Assembly (NCBI RefSeq): GCF_031769215.1 | Contig: NW_026782331.1 | Location: 124,001-188,000 of the forward strand | Length of the DNA stretch: 64,000 bases | Origin: Ylistrum balloti | Lineage: Eukaryota | Direction of reading: 5' to 3' | Shown here: positions 37,810 to 51,515 of the stretch, in pieces | Layout: each line of letters opens with the position of its first letter | Position numbering within the stretch: position 1 is the first letter of the stretch | Translations under genes and position numbers: made by a program | Notes under the pieces: generated by a model | Told to the model about the DNA's origin: nothing | The model's input: only the letters and a program-made list of their open reading frames with translations | The model's database searches: none

Positions 37810-38370
37810 GGATAATCAGGTGTAAAAGTCTCCTCATAAAGTACTCCACACCCTATCTAAAAAGTTCATCTCTCACACTTGCAGTCATTCGCTTCCGTTT
37901 GCTATCATACCTTGGTAACAAGCTTGTAAAACTAAAGTTATCAGAATGCTTTATTTTCATCTAATACTTAATTATACGAACCTTTCTGATAATTTCCGGA
38001 GGCACTCTATCTAGTTCTTGGTAGACCATAACATTTGAAGCAGATTTCTTTACCCCTAATATCTTTTACAATAACTTACATGTAGTTTCTGGTGCTTATG
38101 TAAACCCCAGATTTTCAGCTCTTTAATTTAATATACTACAAACATATGTGTCAAAAACAAACGTGAAGTCGTGTTTTGAAATTAAAGTGATCTTTACAGA
38201 TATATATGCAGGGAACAGTGTTTTTCTACCTTGCATAGCTATTTCTGTTTTATCAAATTTACCTTTGAAATGAAGTAAAACTCCCAAGTAATTAAATTCA
38301 TCTACATTTTCTAAAACACATCCATTAAAACACCATTTATCTTCCTCTCGTAACACCTACCTAAATACAC
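37810..38370 (-). mobile_element. Degenerate non-LTR retrotransposon fragment (RT C-terminal/thumb region, RTE-X-like)
   Basis: Minus-strand peptides with stops and shifts: LENVDEFNYLGVLL...QGRK.LF...FDTYVCSILN, EIWG, KILGVKKS..NVMVYQELDRVP (a YxELGRxP-type motif). Confidence 0.75.
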
Positions 38371-40365
38371 CGTGAAATACCAGGAGATATTTTATAAGCA
38401 ATTGTGTATTTGACATTGAAAAAATCAACATACCCACTGAAGATTTCAACAAATTTTATTGCACAAAATGATTGGACAATGGGCATAACCTATATTAGTC
38501 TTTTCATGGGGATCCGGTTTTGATGTATCAAAATTGACAAATTTTGAAGAATAAAAAACAAACAAACAACGAAAATTTCGATTAAACTAAGTACACATTC
38601 ATACAACTCATTCAACCAATCATTACTACATATATAACATTTACACATTTGATAACTCCGATAAAAAAAGTTCAAAAATAAAGACATAAAGATCATTTGT
38701 ATTACATATATCTATGACTAAATTTATCAACAAATAAAAAGGAAATTGTGGATTTGGATAAAATGCACTCATTACCATTACAATCATTTCATTTGAAAGA
38801 TTAAACAATTTTTAAAAACTTTGGAAAATAATGTATGCCTTTAATGTAATTTATTCATATCCGAGAAAATGTCACTTTAAATATTGAACCCTCTTATTTT
38901 TTTTTTAGAATCAAGGATATGAAGGTTTAGCAATACATATACCTATATTTATAAATTCCGTGAACAGAAACGTTTAAAACTTTGTGAAAAGATGCCTCAA
39001 AGTTAAAGGATCTCAACTATTCATATTTTGTTAATGTTTAAATTTCTTCCCACTCCAACCCTTACACCTTAAATAGCCAATTGCTCAGAAATACCATTTA
39101 TGTAGGGTCTAAAGACAGTAAATAGTTGCCAAAAACGAGGCCTGACTTGTGTTTGATAACTTAATAATCTTCTCCCGAGGGTTGAGATCCTCCTATCTCA
39201 CCATAAAGGAGTGTAATATTCTATTAACTTCACATCGGTAAAAAGCGTGGATTTACATGTCCAGGACGAGAGAAAACATTATCAAGCCCTACAGGTTTTG
39301 TTATCTTTAATTAACAGAATTTGGTCGATATAAGAAAATGCCAGGTGGCTAAGGGGAGGTAAATCGAATTCAGAGTCATCTTCAGCAGCAGTGGTAGAAA
39401 TAAAAGAGAAGAACTTGTTGAATACATCCGTCACAGCGTGTCCCGTATACAAATTCATAATAATTTTAATTCAATTATTTTATGTTTGTTAATTGATGCT
39501 CAATACAACCTGGTTACCCTTCTGTCGTTAAATGACAATAATGCTGCTGGGTTTTTTATTATTAATTTTTTTTTATCTTTTTATTTAATTTTTCTAAATT
39601 CTTTTTTTCCGAAATCCTCCAATGTTCACGACCTGTTGTAGAGACATAGGTTTGACATTCCAATTTCAATCTAATACAGATTTCATCATTCAATGATATC
39701 TCAAAATATACCTGATAAAACATAAGATTTCATATATTTCATATGAGATGCTATATAGGTTGGGGAATCTGCATTTAAACATATATTGTTATGTAGTAAT
39801 ATTGTGTACACATGGGTGTGGAATAACATGAAAGTAATGTGGCTATGACCCTAATGTTGATGATATTTCATTGGAGTAACTTTGTGGTATAAGTTCACTG
39901 CACGATTTTAAGATACGTATTTGTATTACTTATGTCTAATCCCATTGCTTTCCTTAAGATAGTAAAATACGCTTGATTAAAAATAGAAATAAACAGATAT
40001 CATAGATAGTTAACGGGTGAACACATTCTAGAGGGAAATTAATCAGCGAAACAGTGGGTTTTGATTGTGATTAATCATGAGAGACTGCATTTGTACAAAA
40101 GTCTTCTAATATCACAATGTAGGGAAGTCACTGAATTAAAAAAAGAAATAAGCAAAAATCAATTTATAATTAAATATCATACTTCATGTTTGATAAATAT
40201 TTCTGTGTTACATTGGTAAGCATATGGGGGAATACCTCAAGGACGAGTTACTGTCTGAGAGGGTGAGAGGGGAGTTTGTAACCCTGTTAAATACCAGCCG
40301 CATTATACCGTTTAGTTAGGGTGGTGTTCTGTAACACATACATGTAGTTATGCATATTTCGTTAT

Positions 40366-43300
40366 TCAGTCTTCACGTATCTCCAGGCTGAAGCTTGCAG
40401 GTTCTCTAGGAGTAGCAAATATGCCGTAGACATGGGGAAGTTCTGTAACACCAGGGGGCAGCACCACACGGTAGTTCCGGATGAGCTAAGGATTGAAATA
40501 GGAAATGAATAATTCAGTTTAATACGAAGTGTAACATTCGTAACGAAGTCAATTTTAAACAATTTTGATTATTAAAGTTATTTTTCACAAAGCGTACGAG
40601 AATTTTTTGAAAAAAAAATCTACTGAACACAAACATTTAAAACCTACCTTTGCGATACAGATGTATATCTCCTGCTCAGCGAATCTTTGACCAATGCATT
40701 TACGGGGTCCAAACCCAAATGGCAGGTGAGCGAATGGGTGTACACCTGTTTTGGTGTCCCCACGAATCCAACGCTCAGGAATGAACTGGTCTTGCTGGGG
40801 GAAGTACTTCTCATCTCTCCCTATCGGACCGTTACAAAGTCGCAGCGGTGTCTGTAAGAATGTGTCTGACTTTACAAATGTTTGTTTGTGTACAGTACAA
40901 TTTTCCTCAATCAGACACTATTCTCAAGGCATTTGAATATTCGGGTACAAATATGTGCATCTTAAAAAGACAGTATTTACCCCCTTCGGCACGTGATATC
41001 CCTGTAATGTGATGTCCTTGTCCAGTATCCGTACAGTGCCTCCAGCTACAGGGAACACCAGTCTTTAACAAAAGCCTATACTTCAAACATGTACATGTAT
41101 ATTGTTCTATAGCTTTGAAATACACAGCTCTAAGTAAGTGGCATTATATATCATGAAATATACACATGAAAAGACATTAAAAGCTTAAAGTTTATTATGA
41201 CCTCCTCATCCACCCCAACAATGACCGGATGACCGGATATATAGTTACACATTTACAGATTGTGTGAGAGTCGTCGTAACCAGCACCATCTCATTTCTGT
41301 ATCAGTTGCAAATAGATAAATAAAATAAATAAATATATAGATAAATAATGGTTCAGTAAAAATATCATGAAAATATTAAGTGTAAAAAAAAAAAAAAAAA
41401 AATAGTAACAAATTTCCTGCATGCTACACATCGCCGTCTTTACAAGGTATTTATGTACTTACATCGGATACCTCACAGAAATAAAGGTCACAGTGACCTA
41501 CTTATTATACATGACGACATGCCGAATGTCAGAATGTACACACTCAGAAAATCACGTGTAAAGATTTTCTTTATAATGTTTAAATGTTACAAACAAATGA
41601 ATCCACGTTTGGTATCTTCCCAAGATCTCCCCACACAAAAATAATGTTTCTTTATGATGAAATGGGAGAGGAAGGCCCTCGTGTAAAAGAAAAATAAATA
41701 TATTAATAGAAATAAGTAGAAATATTTCACTAACCTGAATGACTCCTTGAGGCATGCCTTGAGATAGGGCATCTTATTGATGGCGTCCTCAGGGATTTCA
41801 CCCTTTTTAGGCACGTGTTCAACAAGGTCATTGTAGAGGCGTTCCTGCTTGTCTTGGTACTTAGCCAGATAGAATAGTAGGAACGTCATGGTGTTGGCCG
41901 TCTACAGGACACAAACAGCGAAAATTGTCAGGAGTGAACAGGGAAATATCACACACAAACAGCGAAAATTCTCAGGAGTGAACAGGGAAATATCAAACAA
42001 ACAGCGACAATTGTCAGTAGTGAACAGGGAAATATCACACACAAACAGCCAAAAATGTCAGGAAAGAACAGTGAAATATCACAAACAAACAGCGAAAATT
42101 GTCAGTAGTGAACAGGCAAATATCACATAAACAGCGAAAATTGTCAGTAGTAGCAGCGAAATATCACACACAAACAGCGAAAATTGTCAGTAGTGAACAG
42201 AGAAATATGTCAGTAGTGAACAGGGAAAATGACACACAAACAGCGAAAATATATGTCAGTAGTGAACAGGGAAATATGACACACAAACAGCGAAAATTGT
42301 CAGTAGTGAACAGGGAAAAATGTCACTAGTGAACAGGGAAATATCACACAAACAGCGAAAATTGTCAGTAGTGAACAGGGAAATATGTCAGTAGTGAACA
42401 GGGAAATATCACACATAAACAGCGAAAATTGCCGGTAATGAACAGGGAAATATCACACACAAACAGCGAAAATTGCCAGTAATGAACAGGGAAATATCTC
42501 ACACAAACAGCGAAAATTGCCGGTAATGAACAGGGAAATATCACACACAAACAGCGAAAATTGCCGGTAATGAACAGGGAAATATCACACAAACAGCGAA
42601 AATTGTCAGAATTGAACAGGGAAATATCACACACAAACAGCGAAAAATGTCAGTAGCGAACAGGGAAATATCACACACAAACAGCCAAAAATGTCAGGAA
42701 AGAACAGTGAAATATCACAAACAAACAGCGAAAATTGTCAGTAGTGAACAGGGAAATATCACACAAACAGCGAAAATTGTCAGTAGTGAACAGAGAAATA
42801 TGTCAGTAGTGAACAGGGAAATATCACACACAAACAGCGAAAATTGTCAGTAGTGAACAGAGAAATATGTCAGTAGTGAACAGGGAAATATGACACACAA
42901 ACAGCGAAAATTGTCAGTAGTGAACAGGGAAAAATGTCAGTAGTGAACAGGGAAATATGACACACAAACAGCGAAAATTGTCAGTAGTGAACAGGGAAAA
43001 ATGTCACTAGTGAACAGGGAAATATCACACAAACAGCGAAAATTGTCAGTAGTGAACAGGGAAATATGTCAGTAGTGAACAGGGAAATATCACACATAAA
43101 CAGCGAAAATTGCCGGTAATAAACAGGGAAATATCACACACAAACAGCGAAAATTGCCAGTAATGAACAGGGAAATATCACACACAAACAGCGAAAATTG
43201 CCGGTAATGAACAGGGAAATATCACACACAAACAGCGAAAATTGCCGGTAATGAACAGGGAAATATCACACAAACAGCGAAAATTGTCAGAATTGAACAG

Positions 43301-46300
43301 GGAAATATCACACACAAACAGCGAAAAATGTCAGTAGCGAACAGGGAAATATCACACACAAACAGCGAAAAATGTCAGGAGTGAACAGGGAAATATCACA
43401 CACAAACAGTGAAAATTGCCGGTAATGAACAGGGAAATATCACACACAAACAGCGAAAATTGTCAGGAGTGAACAGGGAAATATCACACACAAATAGCGA
43501 AAATTGTCAGGAGTGAACAGGGAAATATCACACACAAATAGCGAAAATTGTCAGGAGTGAACAGGGAAATATGTCAGTAGTGAAAAGGGAAATATCACAC
43601 ACAAACAGCGAAAATTGTCAGGAGTGAACAGGGAAATATCACACACAAACAAGGAAAATTGTCAGGAGTGAACAGGGAAATATCACACACAAACAGCGAG
43701 AAAGGTCAGTAGTGAACAGGGAAATGTCACACACAAACAGCGAAAAATGTCAGTAGTGAACAGGGAAATATCACACACAAATAGCGAAAATTGTCAGGAG
43801 TGAACAGGGAAATATGTCAGTAGTGAAAAGGGAAATATCACACACAAACAGCGAAAATTGTCAGTAGTGAACAGGGAAATATCACACACAAACAGCGAAA
43901 ATTGTCAGTAGTGAACAGGGAAATATCACACACAAATAGCGAAAATTGTCAGGAGTGAACAGGGAAATATGTCAGTAGTGAAAAGGGAAATATCACACAC
44001 AAACAGCGAAAATTGTCAGTAGTGAACAGGGAAATATCACACACAAACAGCGAAAATTGTCAGGAGTGAACAGGGAAATATCACACACAAACAGCGAAAA
44101 TTGTCAGGAGTGAACAGGGAAATATCACACACAAACAGCGAAAATTGTCAGTAATGAACAGGGAAATATCACACACAAACAGCAGACGATGCTACATTAT
44201 ACCATCGCACAACTATAAAATGTCTATCAAGAAACTGCAAAACAGTTCAACAATAAAAATGTGAATTATGAGATAAAACTTCTGACTTACAGAATCTATT
44301 CCGCCAATGAAAACATCGGTAATTGTACGACGAACTTGTTCTGGAGTCAGCCCGGGAGTGGATAGAAGATCAAACAAGAGGCTGCTTTCATGTTGTACGC
44401 CATCTTCCGATGCTTGCTTGACATCCTCCATCGTCATGTTGATGTGTTTATCTGCAGTACTGGTCAATAGATAATATTAAACAAAAATAAATGTGTTGAC
44501 CATTGGTTAGCTAATATGATTTTCTGTAGTGCTGATCAAGGCTACACCGGATGGTACCCCTCTCCCTCCTAATCTACTTCTGGGTTTAAGCTCCCATTCT
44601 TGCCGCACAAATGTACATGTACAATCTCGAGTGGTTTTGAATTTATTTTGTTTTCATCTTTAGGGAGATACATGAGATAAAATCGTATTTGTGGATTCCT
44701 CGCCTGTTATACATTCTTGAAAAAACAGTCGTAAAACTTTCACATTAATATTCGATTGATATTGGGTTAGACTATTTTGATACAGACATGTTTATTCTTT
44801 CTTTACATGAGAAAAGCTGTTTCATAAAAATTGACATAGACACATGCCTTAGAATTTATATAGTACAAAGATATCCTCATTATTATCTAGTCTGATATTA
44901 ACTTATTTCTCAAAACAGTTACTTCTTGCCTATCTGCGTCACGCTGTATCAAAAGTTTGACACAGTAAGTACTTTTAAAATAAGTTTCAAATATCAAGAT
45001 ATTTTTATCTCCGATGTCGATTAATTAACCGATTATCCGATCGGAAGTTCTTTTTCGAGTAACTGGACAGTAAAGTTCCATCGGATCGACAATCTCGAGT
45101 CTAAACACGAATTTTTAGATTTGATAATCTCTTCATAGGTATTTGAAGACTTCGAAATATATAAACATATACGACTATGAACGTTTGTCAATGTTTCATT
45201 CGTTTTAAGAAATAACTCTTCACCCATGCAAGCCGCTGACATGGCTTATTAAACCGATTTTCATCCGTGGTCCGTCTGCCAATTGTGGCTATCATATCGA
45301 CATTTTCTAACATCAATCGAAGGGGACTATTATGTAATTGTAACTTTAGAAACAAAATGGTCCTAGCCTTAGGTATACGTCATTTAATCAAAGATGGCTG
45401 CCAGTCCCTTTTTCGATGTTTGCAGCACGAGTACCTTGGGTCCTAACGTGTAAGACATGTTGTTAACATATCACACCAGCAGTTGACGTTAACATTTTAA
45501 GTTTAAAGCCGAATTTATAAAAGCACCCTGTGACACATTACACTAGCGACATAAATTGCAAATTACTTTATTTTAGCGTGTATTTAATTTCGCGAGAGGT
45601 TGGTGACTTATTCGCGAATACTAGAGTAGTACACAACAAAAGTCATTTACGTAAGGAAAACGGTATATTAGTGTGGAATTTAAATTCGCGATTGAAACTT
45701 TTTGCAAATAAAGGCGAAATATAATCCCTCGCGAAAAATAAGTGGTTTACAGTATATGCCAAAATATCAATTATAGTGGGCGAGTTTACTGAATAACATA
45801 CGTATGATAGAAGGAGATATGTTACTGGTATATGTTCTATATCTTATGGTTTTGATTTAGTAGATATACAGATTTACCTGTAAAGGAAGTTTGCAGCCTC
45901 CTCGAACTTCTTGTAGTATTTGTTCTTAAACATCAAGTATGATGGAATTGTTTTATAATAATGATTCCCATTCAAGTCACCTAATAATAATACAACAACA
46001 CACACAGTGTAGGCCATGAGATTACAACACAGAGTTGTCAGAGGTGACACACACACAGTCCGTGTGAGTACAACACACAGGCACACAACACGTACAACAC
46101 ACAGAGTAGTCACCTTCAACACACAGAGTATATCATTAGGTCACCTACAACACACAGAGGATATCATTAAGTCACCTACAACACACAGAGTGTATCATTA
46201 GGTCACCTACAACACACAGCGTATATCATTAGGTCACCTACAACACACAGCGTATATCATTAGGTCACCTACAACACACACAGTACACCATCAAGTCACC

Positions 46301-49300
46301 TACAACACACACAGTACAAGATCAAGTCACCTACAACACACACAGTACACCATCAAGTCACCTACAACACACACAGTACACCATCAAGTCACCTACAACA
46401 CACACAGTACACCATCAAGTCACCTACAACACACACAGTACACCATCAAGTCACCTACAACACACACAGTACACCATCAAGTCACCTACAACACACACAG
46501 TACACCATCAAGTCACCTACAACACACACAGTACACCATCAAGTCACCTACAACACACACAGTACACCATCAAGTCACCTACAACACACACACAGTACAA
46601 TAACAAGTCACCTACAACACACAGTACACACAGTACCTACAACACACAAGTCACCTACAACACACACACAGTACAACACACCATCAAGTCACCTACAACA
46701 CACACAGTACACCATCAAGTCACCTACACACACACACAGTACAACACACACATACACCAACAAGTCACACTACAACACACACAGTACACCACACAAGTCA
46801 CCTACAACACACACAGTACACCATCAAGTCACCTACAACACACACAGTACACCATCAAGTCACCTACAACACACACAGTACACCATCAAGTCACCTACAA
46901 CACACACAGTACACCATCAAGTCACCTACAACACACACACACAGTACAACACACACCATCAAGTCACCTACAACACACACAGTAGTCACCAACACACACA
47001 CAGTACCAACAAGTCACCTACAACACACACAGTACACCAACAAGTCACCTACAACACACACAGTACCAACAAGTCACCTACAACACACACAGTACACCAA
47101 CAAGTCACCTACAACACACACAGTACACCATCAAGTCACCTACAACACACACAGTACACCATCAAGTCACCTACAACACACACAGTACACCAACAAGTCA
47201 CCTACACACACACACATCAAGTCACCTACAACACACACACACACCATCAAGTCACCTACAACACAACACACACAGTACACACATCAAGTCACCTACAACA
47301 CACACAGTACACCATCAAGTCACCTACAACACACACAGTACACCATCAAGTCACCTACAACACACATAGTACACCATCAAGTCACCTACAACACACACAG
47401 TACACCATCAAGTCACCTACAACACACATAGTACACCATCAAGTCACCTACAACACACACACAGTACACCATCAAGTCACCTACAACACACACAGTACAC
47501 CATCAAGTCACCTACAACACACACAGTACAAGATCAAGTCACCTACAACACACACAGTACACCATCAAGTCACCTACAACACACATAGTACACCATCAAG
47601 TCACCTACAACACACACAGTACACCATCAGTACACCAACAAGTCACCTACAACACACACAGTACACCATCAAGTCACCTACAACACACACAGTACACCAT
47701 CAAGTCACCTACAACACACACAGTACACCATCAAGTCACCTACAACACACACAGTACACAAACAAGTCACAAACAACACACACAGAACACCAAAAAGTCA
47801 CAAACAACACACACAGTACACCATCAAGTACAACACACACAGTACACCATAGTCAACACACACACAGTACACCATCAAGTCACCTACAACACACACAGTA
47901 CACCATCAAGTCACCTACAACACACACAGTACACCATCAAGTCACCTACAACACACACAGTACACCATCAAGTCACCTACAACACACACAGTACCAACAA
48001 GTCACCTACAACACACACAGTACACCATTAAGTCACCTACAACACACACAGTACACCATCAAGTCACCTACAACACACACAGTACACCATCAAGTCACCT
48101 ACAAATACAACACACACAGTACACCATCAAGTCACCTACAACACACACACACACACACAGTCACTACAACACACACAGTACACCATCAACACCTACAACA
48201 CACACAGTACACCATCAAGTCACCTACAACACACATAGTACACCATCAAGTCACCTACAACACACACAGTACACCATCAAGTCACCGACAACACACACAG
48301 TACACCAACAAGTCACCTACAACACACACAGTACACAATCAAGTCACCTACAACACACACAGTACACCATCAAGTCACATACAACACACACAGTAAACCA
48401 ACAAGTTACCTACAACACACACAGTACACCATCAAGTCACCTACAACACACACAGTACACCATCAAGTCACATACAACACACACAGTACACCATTAAGTC
48501 ACCTACAACACACACAGTACACCATCAAGTCACCTACAACACACACAGTACACCATCAAGTCACCTACAACACACACAGTACACCAACAAGTCACCTACA
48601 ACACACACAGTACACCATCAAGTCACCTACAACACACACAGTACACCATCAAGTCACCTACAACACACACAGTACACCATCAAGTCACATACAACACACA
48701 CAGTACACCATCAAGTCACCTGCAACACACACAGTACACCATCAAGTCACCTACAACACACACAGTACACCATCAAGTCCAACACACACATCAAGTCACC
48801 TACAACACACAACACACACAGTACACACATCAAGTCACCTACAACACACATAGTACACCATCAAGTCACCTACAACACACACAGTACACCATCAAGTCAC
48901 ATACAACACACACAGTACACCATCAAGTCACATACAACACACACAGTACACCATCAAGTCACCTACAACACACACAGTACCACAAGTACAACACACACAG
49001 TACACCATTACAGTCACACTACAGTACACCCACAGTACACCATCAAGTCACCTACAACACACACACACACAGTCACACCTACAACACACACAGTACACCA
49101 TCAAGTCACCTACAACACACACAGTACACCATCAAGTCATACAACACACACAGTCACCTACAACACACACACACAGTACAACACACACATCAAGTCACCT
49201 ACAACACACACACACACAGTCACCTACAACACACACAGTCAAGTCACCTACAACACACACACACATCAGTCACCTACAACACACACAGTACACCAACAAG

Positions 49301-51515
49301 TCACCTACAACACACACAGTACACCATCAAGTACAACACACACATCAAGTCACCTACAACACACACAGTACACCATCAAGTCACCTACAACACACACAGT
49401 ACACCATCAAGTCACCTACAACACACACAGTACACCATCAAGTCACCTACAACACACACAGTACACCAACAAGTCACCTACAACACACACAGTACACCAA
49501 CAAGTCACATACAACACACACAGTACACCATCAAGTCACCTACAACACACACAGTACACCATCAAGTCACCTACAACACACACAGTACCAACAAGTCACC
49601 TACAACACACACAGTACACCATTAAGTCACCTACAACACACACAATACACCAACAAGTCACCTACAACACACACAGTACACCAACAAGTCACCTACAACA
49701 CACACAGTACACCATCAAGTCACATACAACACACACAGTACACCAACAAGTCACCTACAACACACACAGTACACCATCAAGTCACATACAACACACACAG
49801 TACACCATCAAGTCACATACAACACACAGTACACCATCAAGTCACCTACAACACACACAGTACACCATCAAGTCACATACAACACACACAGTACACCATC
49901 AAGTCACCTACAACACACAGTACACCATCAAGTCACCAACAACACACAGTACACCAACAAGTCACCTACAACACACACAATATAATATCGTCAAGTCATC
50001 TTCAACACAAACTGTTTTATTAGCTCGGAAAGGAAAGTTAACACTATTTTGGGGGTTTTGACTATGTTTCCTTGGTAACAGAAAATAATGAAATATGGAC
50101 TGTTAACAAAAGCCAAAGGCCCAACTTGGGCACTAACTTAATACATACAGCAAGTTTTGTGAAATTGAATCGAACGGTTTTGAAGTTAAAGCCCGGAAAG
50201 CACGGACAGAGCTCAAATTAAAATCCCCCGCAAACGCGTTGCGCGGGGGATGATTAAGACAGAGAAGTTATGCGGGAAAATGCATACAAACCTTCAGCTG
50301 AATATTCCATTAGTTTGTAAGGTAAATTGTCAAGGCGATCTTTATTTTTCAGCGATTCGACAAACTCGTCCGCTATTTTACTCAGCTTGTGCGTATATTT
50401 TGTCACAGCTTTGGGACGAAGCATGATTTTCTGAGTGGGACCTCTCATAGAATGCCATTCTTCGCCGTTTCTTAAAAAGATTTAATAGAAAAAATATTGA
50501 AAATTCTTTATGCCATTTCGTGTTGGTATATGTTAAGAAAATTGAAGTATACTTCAGCATATGAAACGATATTGATGTTAATAACCACAACTTAAATTAT
50601 TCAAGATGAGGAGGTACTGGTGATAGCGAGGATGAAGACGATGATGAGGACCACAACAGAGACAACGAAAAAGCAAATGATTATTGTGATAACTTACGAG
50701 TTGGAAAGACTCGGTGCTAAATTTCTTCGTTTTTCATATGTAGACAAGAGAGGAAGCGTGATACGCTGGGGATACCTCTGTTCCTCTTTGAAAACTGTCC
50801 CTATATCGTCCGGATCAAACAGGTACACAAACCACCTCTTCCCTAACCTCACACGGACGATTGGACCATATTCATTTCTCAACGCCTCCATTTTGGTACT
50901 CATCTGACGGATGTCATATTTACCTGATGAAATTGTATATTGTGATAAGTATATGACTTTCATTGATCGCTGTCATTAAGAAAAATGTACTTAAGTAATT
51001 TGTCAACGACAGAAAACTACATTGATAAATAATGTCACATACAACTGCAGCATAACACACGCTAATAAAACAATTTTTGACAGCTTTTTTGCATTTGAAG
51101 GGAAAAAATAAAAATCGACAGAATGGTGTTTTTTCATGTATCTTTTGTTCACAAGATATGAGTCGTTTAATTTGCAATTGATATTTATCTTTGTTGAAAG
51201 TAAGACAAAATGCTTTCTGTTTCTAATGCTGAGTTCTGACAAAATGCTAAGCAGGAGAGGCAACAGCAGACATTGGCCCAGAGTTTAAAACATTTTAAAA
51301 TTTTCTTCTTCTTTTTTTTTTTTTTATTTTTTTTTTAATTACTGAATGGTTTGAATTCCAGTCGCATCCCGATGTAAGGAAGACTATAGATTCCGCTAGG
51401 ACCAGGAATATCCATGAGAGTTTTCCCGTCAGTTGCTGGCCGTTCTGCCTTAGCAGTGGCAGCCCTTCGACAACCATGTCCAGATACTGTCTTCCTAACC
51501 AACAACGACCGGAAT
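40366..51515 (-). CDS. Cytochrome P450, mitochondrial clan (CYP10/CYP27/CYP49-like). Exons 51515-51343, 50923-50698, 50470-50292, 45980-45878, 44459-44291, 41901-41735, 41062-40981, 40851-40648, 40485-40366. The start exon and apparently one internal exon were not found.
   Basis: GT-AG exons with consistent phases. Motifs: R/S/A-rich N-terminus, DIPGP, NGEEW...R, I-helix GGIDST, KACLKESFR (ExxR), PERW, FGFGPRKCIG (heme Cys). Confidence 0.92.
41910..44183. repeat. 44-bp intronic satellite (cagcgaaaattgtcagtagtgaacagggaaatatcacacacaaa), ~50 copies with shortened variants
   Basis: 44-bp periodicity (e.g. 44048 and 44092). It fills almost the whole intron between the CYP exons at 44291 and 41901. 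Confidence 0.95.
45545..45754. mobile_element. Probable MITE fragment (TTCGCGA-rich, ending ...GTTTACAGTA)
   Basis: Repeated tttcgcga/ttcgcgaa/ctcgcgaaaa motifs and a TACAGTA terminus, recalled as typical of lophotrochozoan MITEs. The left terminus is not seen. Confidence 0.4.
46110..49980. repeat. 31-bp intronic satellite (acaccatcaagtcacctacaacacacacagt), ~125 copies
   Basis: 31-bp periodicity, with degenerate patches and a diverged left edge. Confidence 0.95.
50030..50251 (+). mobile_element. Dispersed repeat ending in a GC-rich hairpin (atcccccgc...gcgggggat, 50223-50251); probable Helitron/Helentron-type non-autonomous 3' end
   Basis: The 9-bp inverted repeat is seen directly. The family assignment is from resemblance only. 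Confidence 0.4.

Noticed and set aside
41888-42853. ORFs within the 44-bp satellite
   Set aside because: Low-complexity translations of an intronic repeat.
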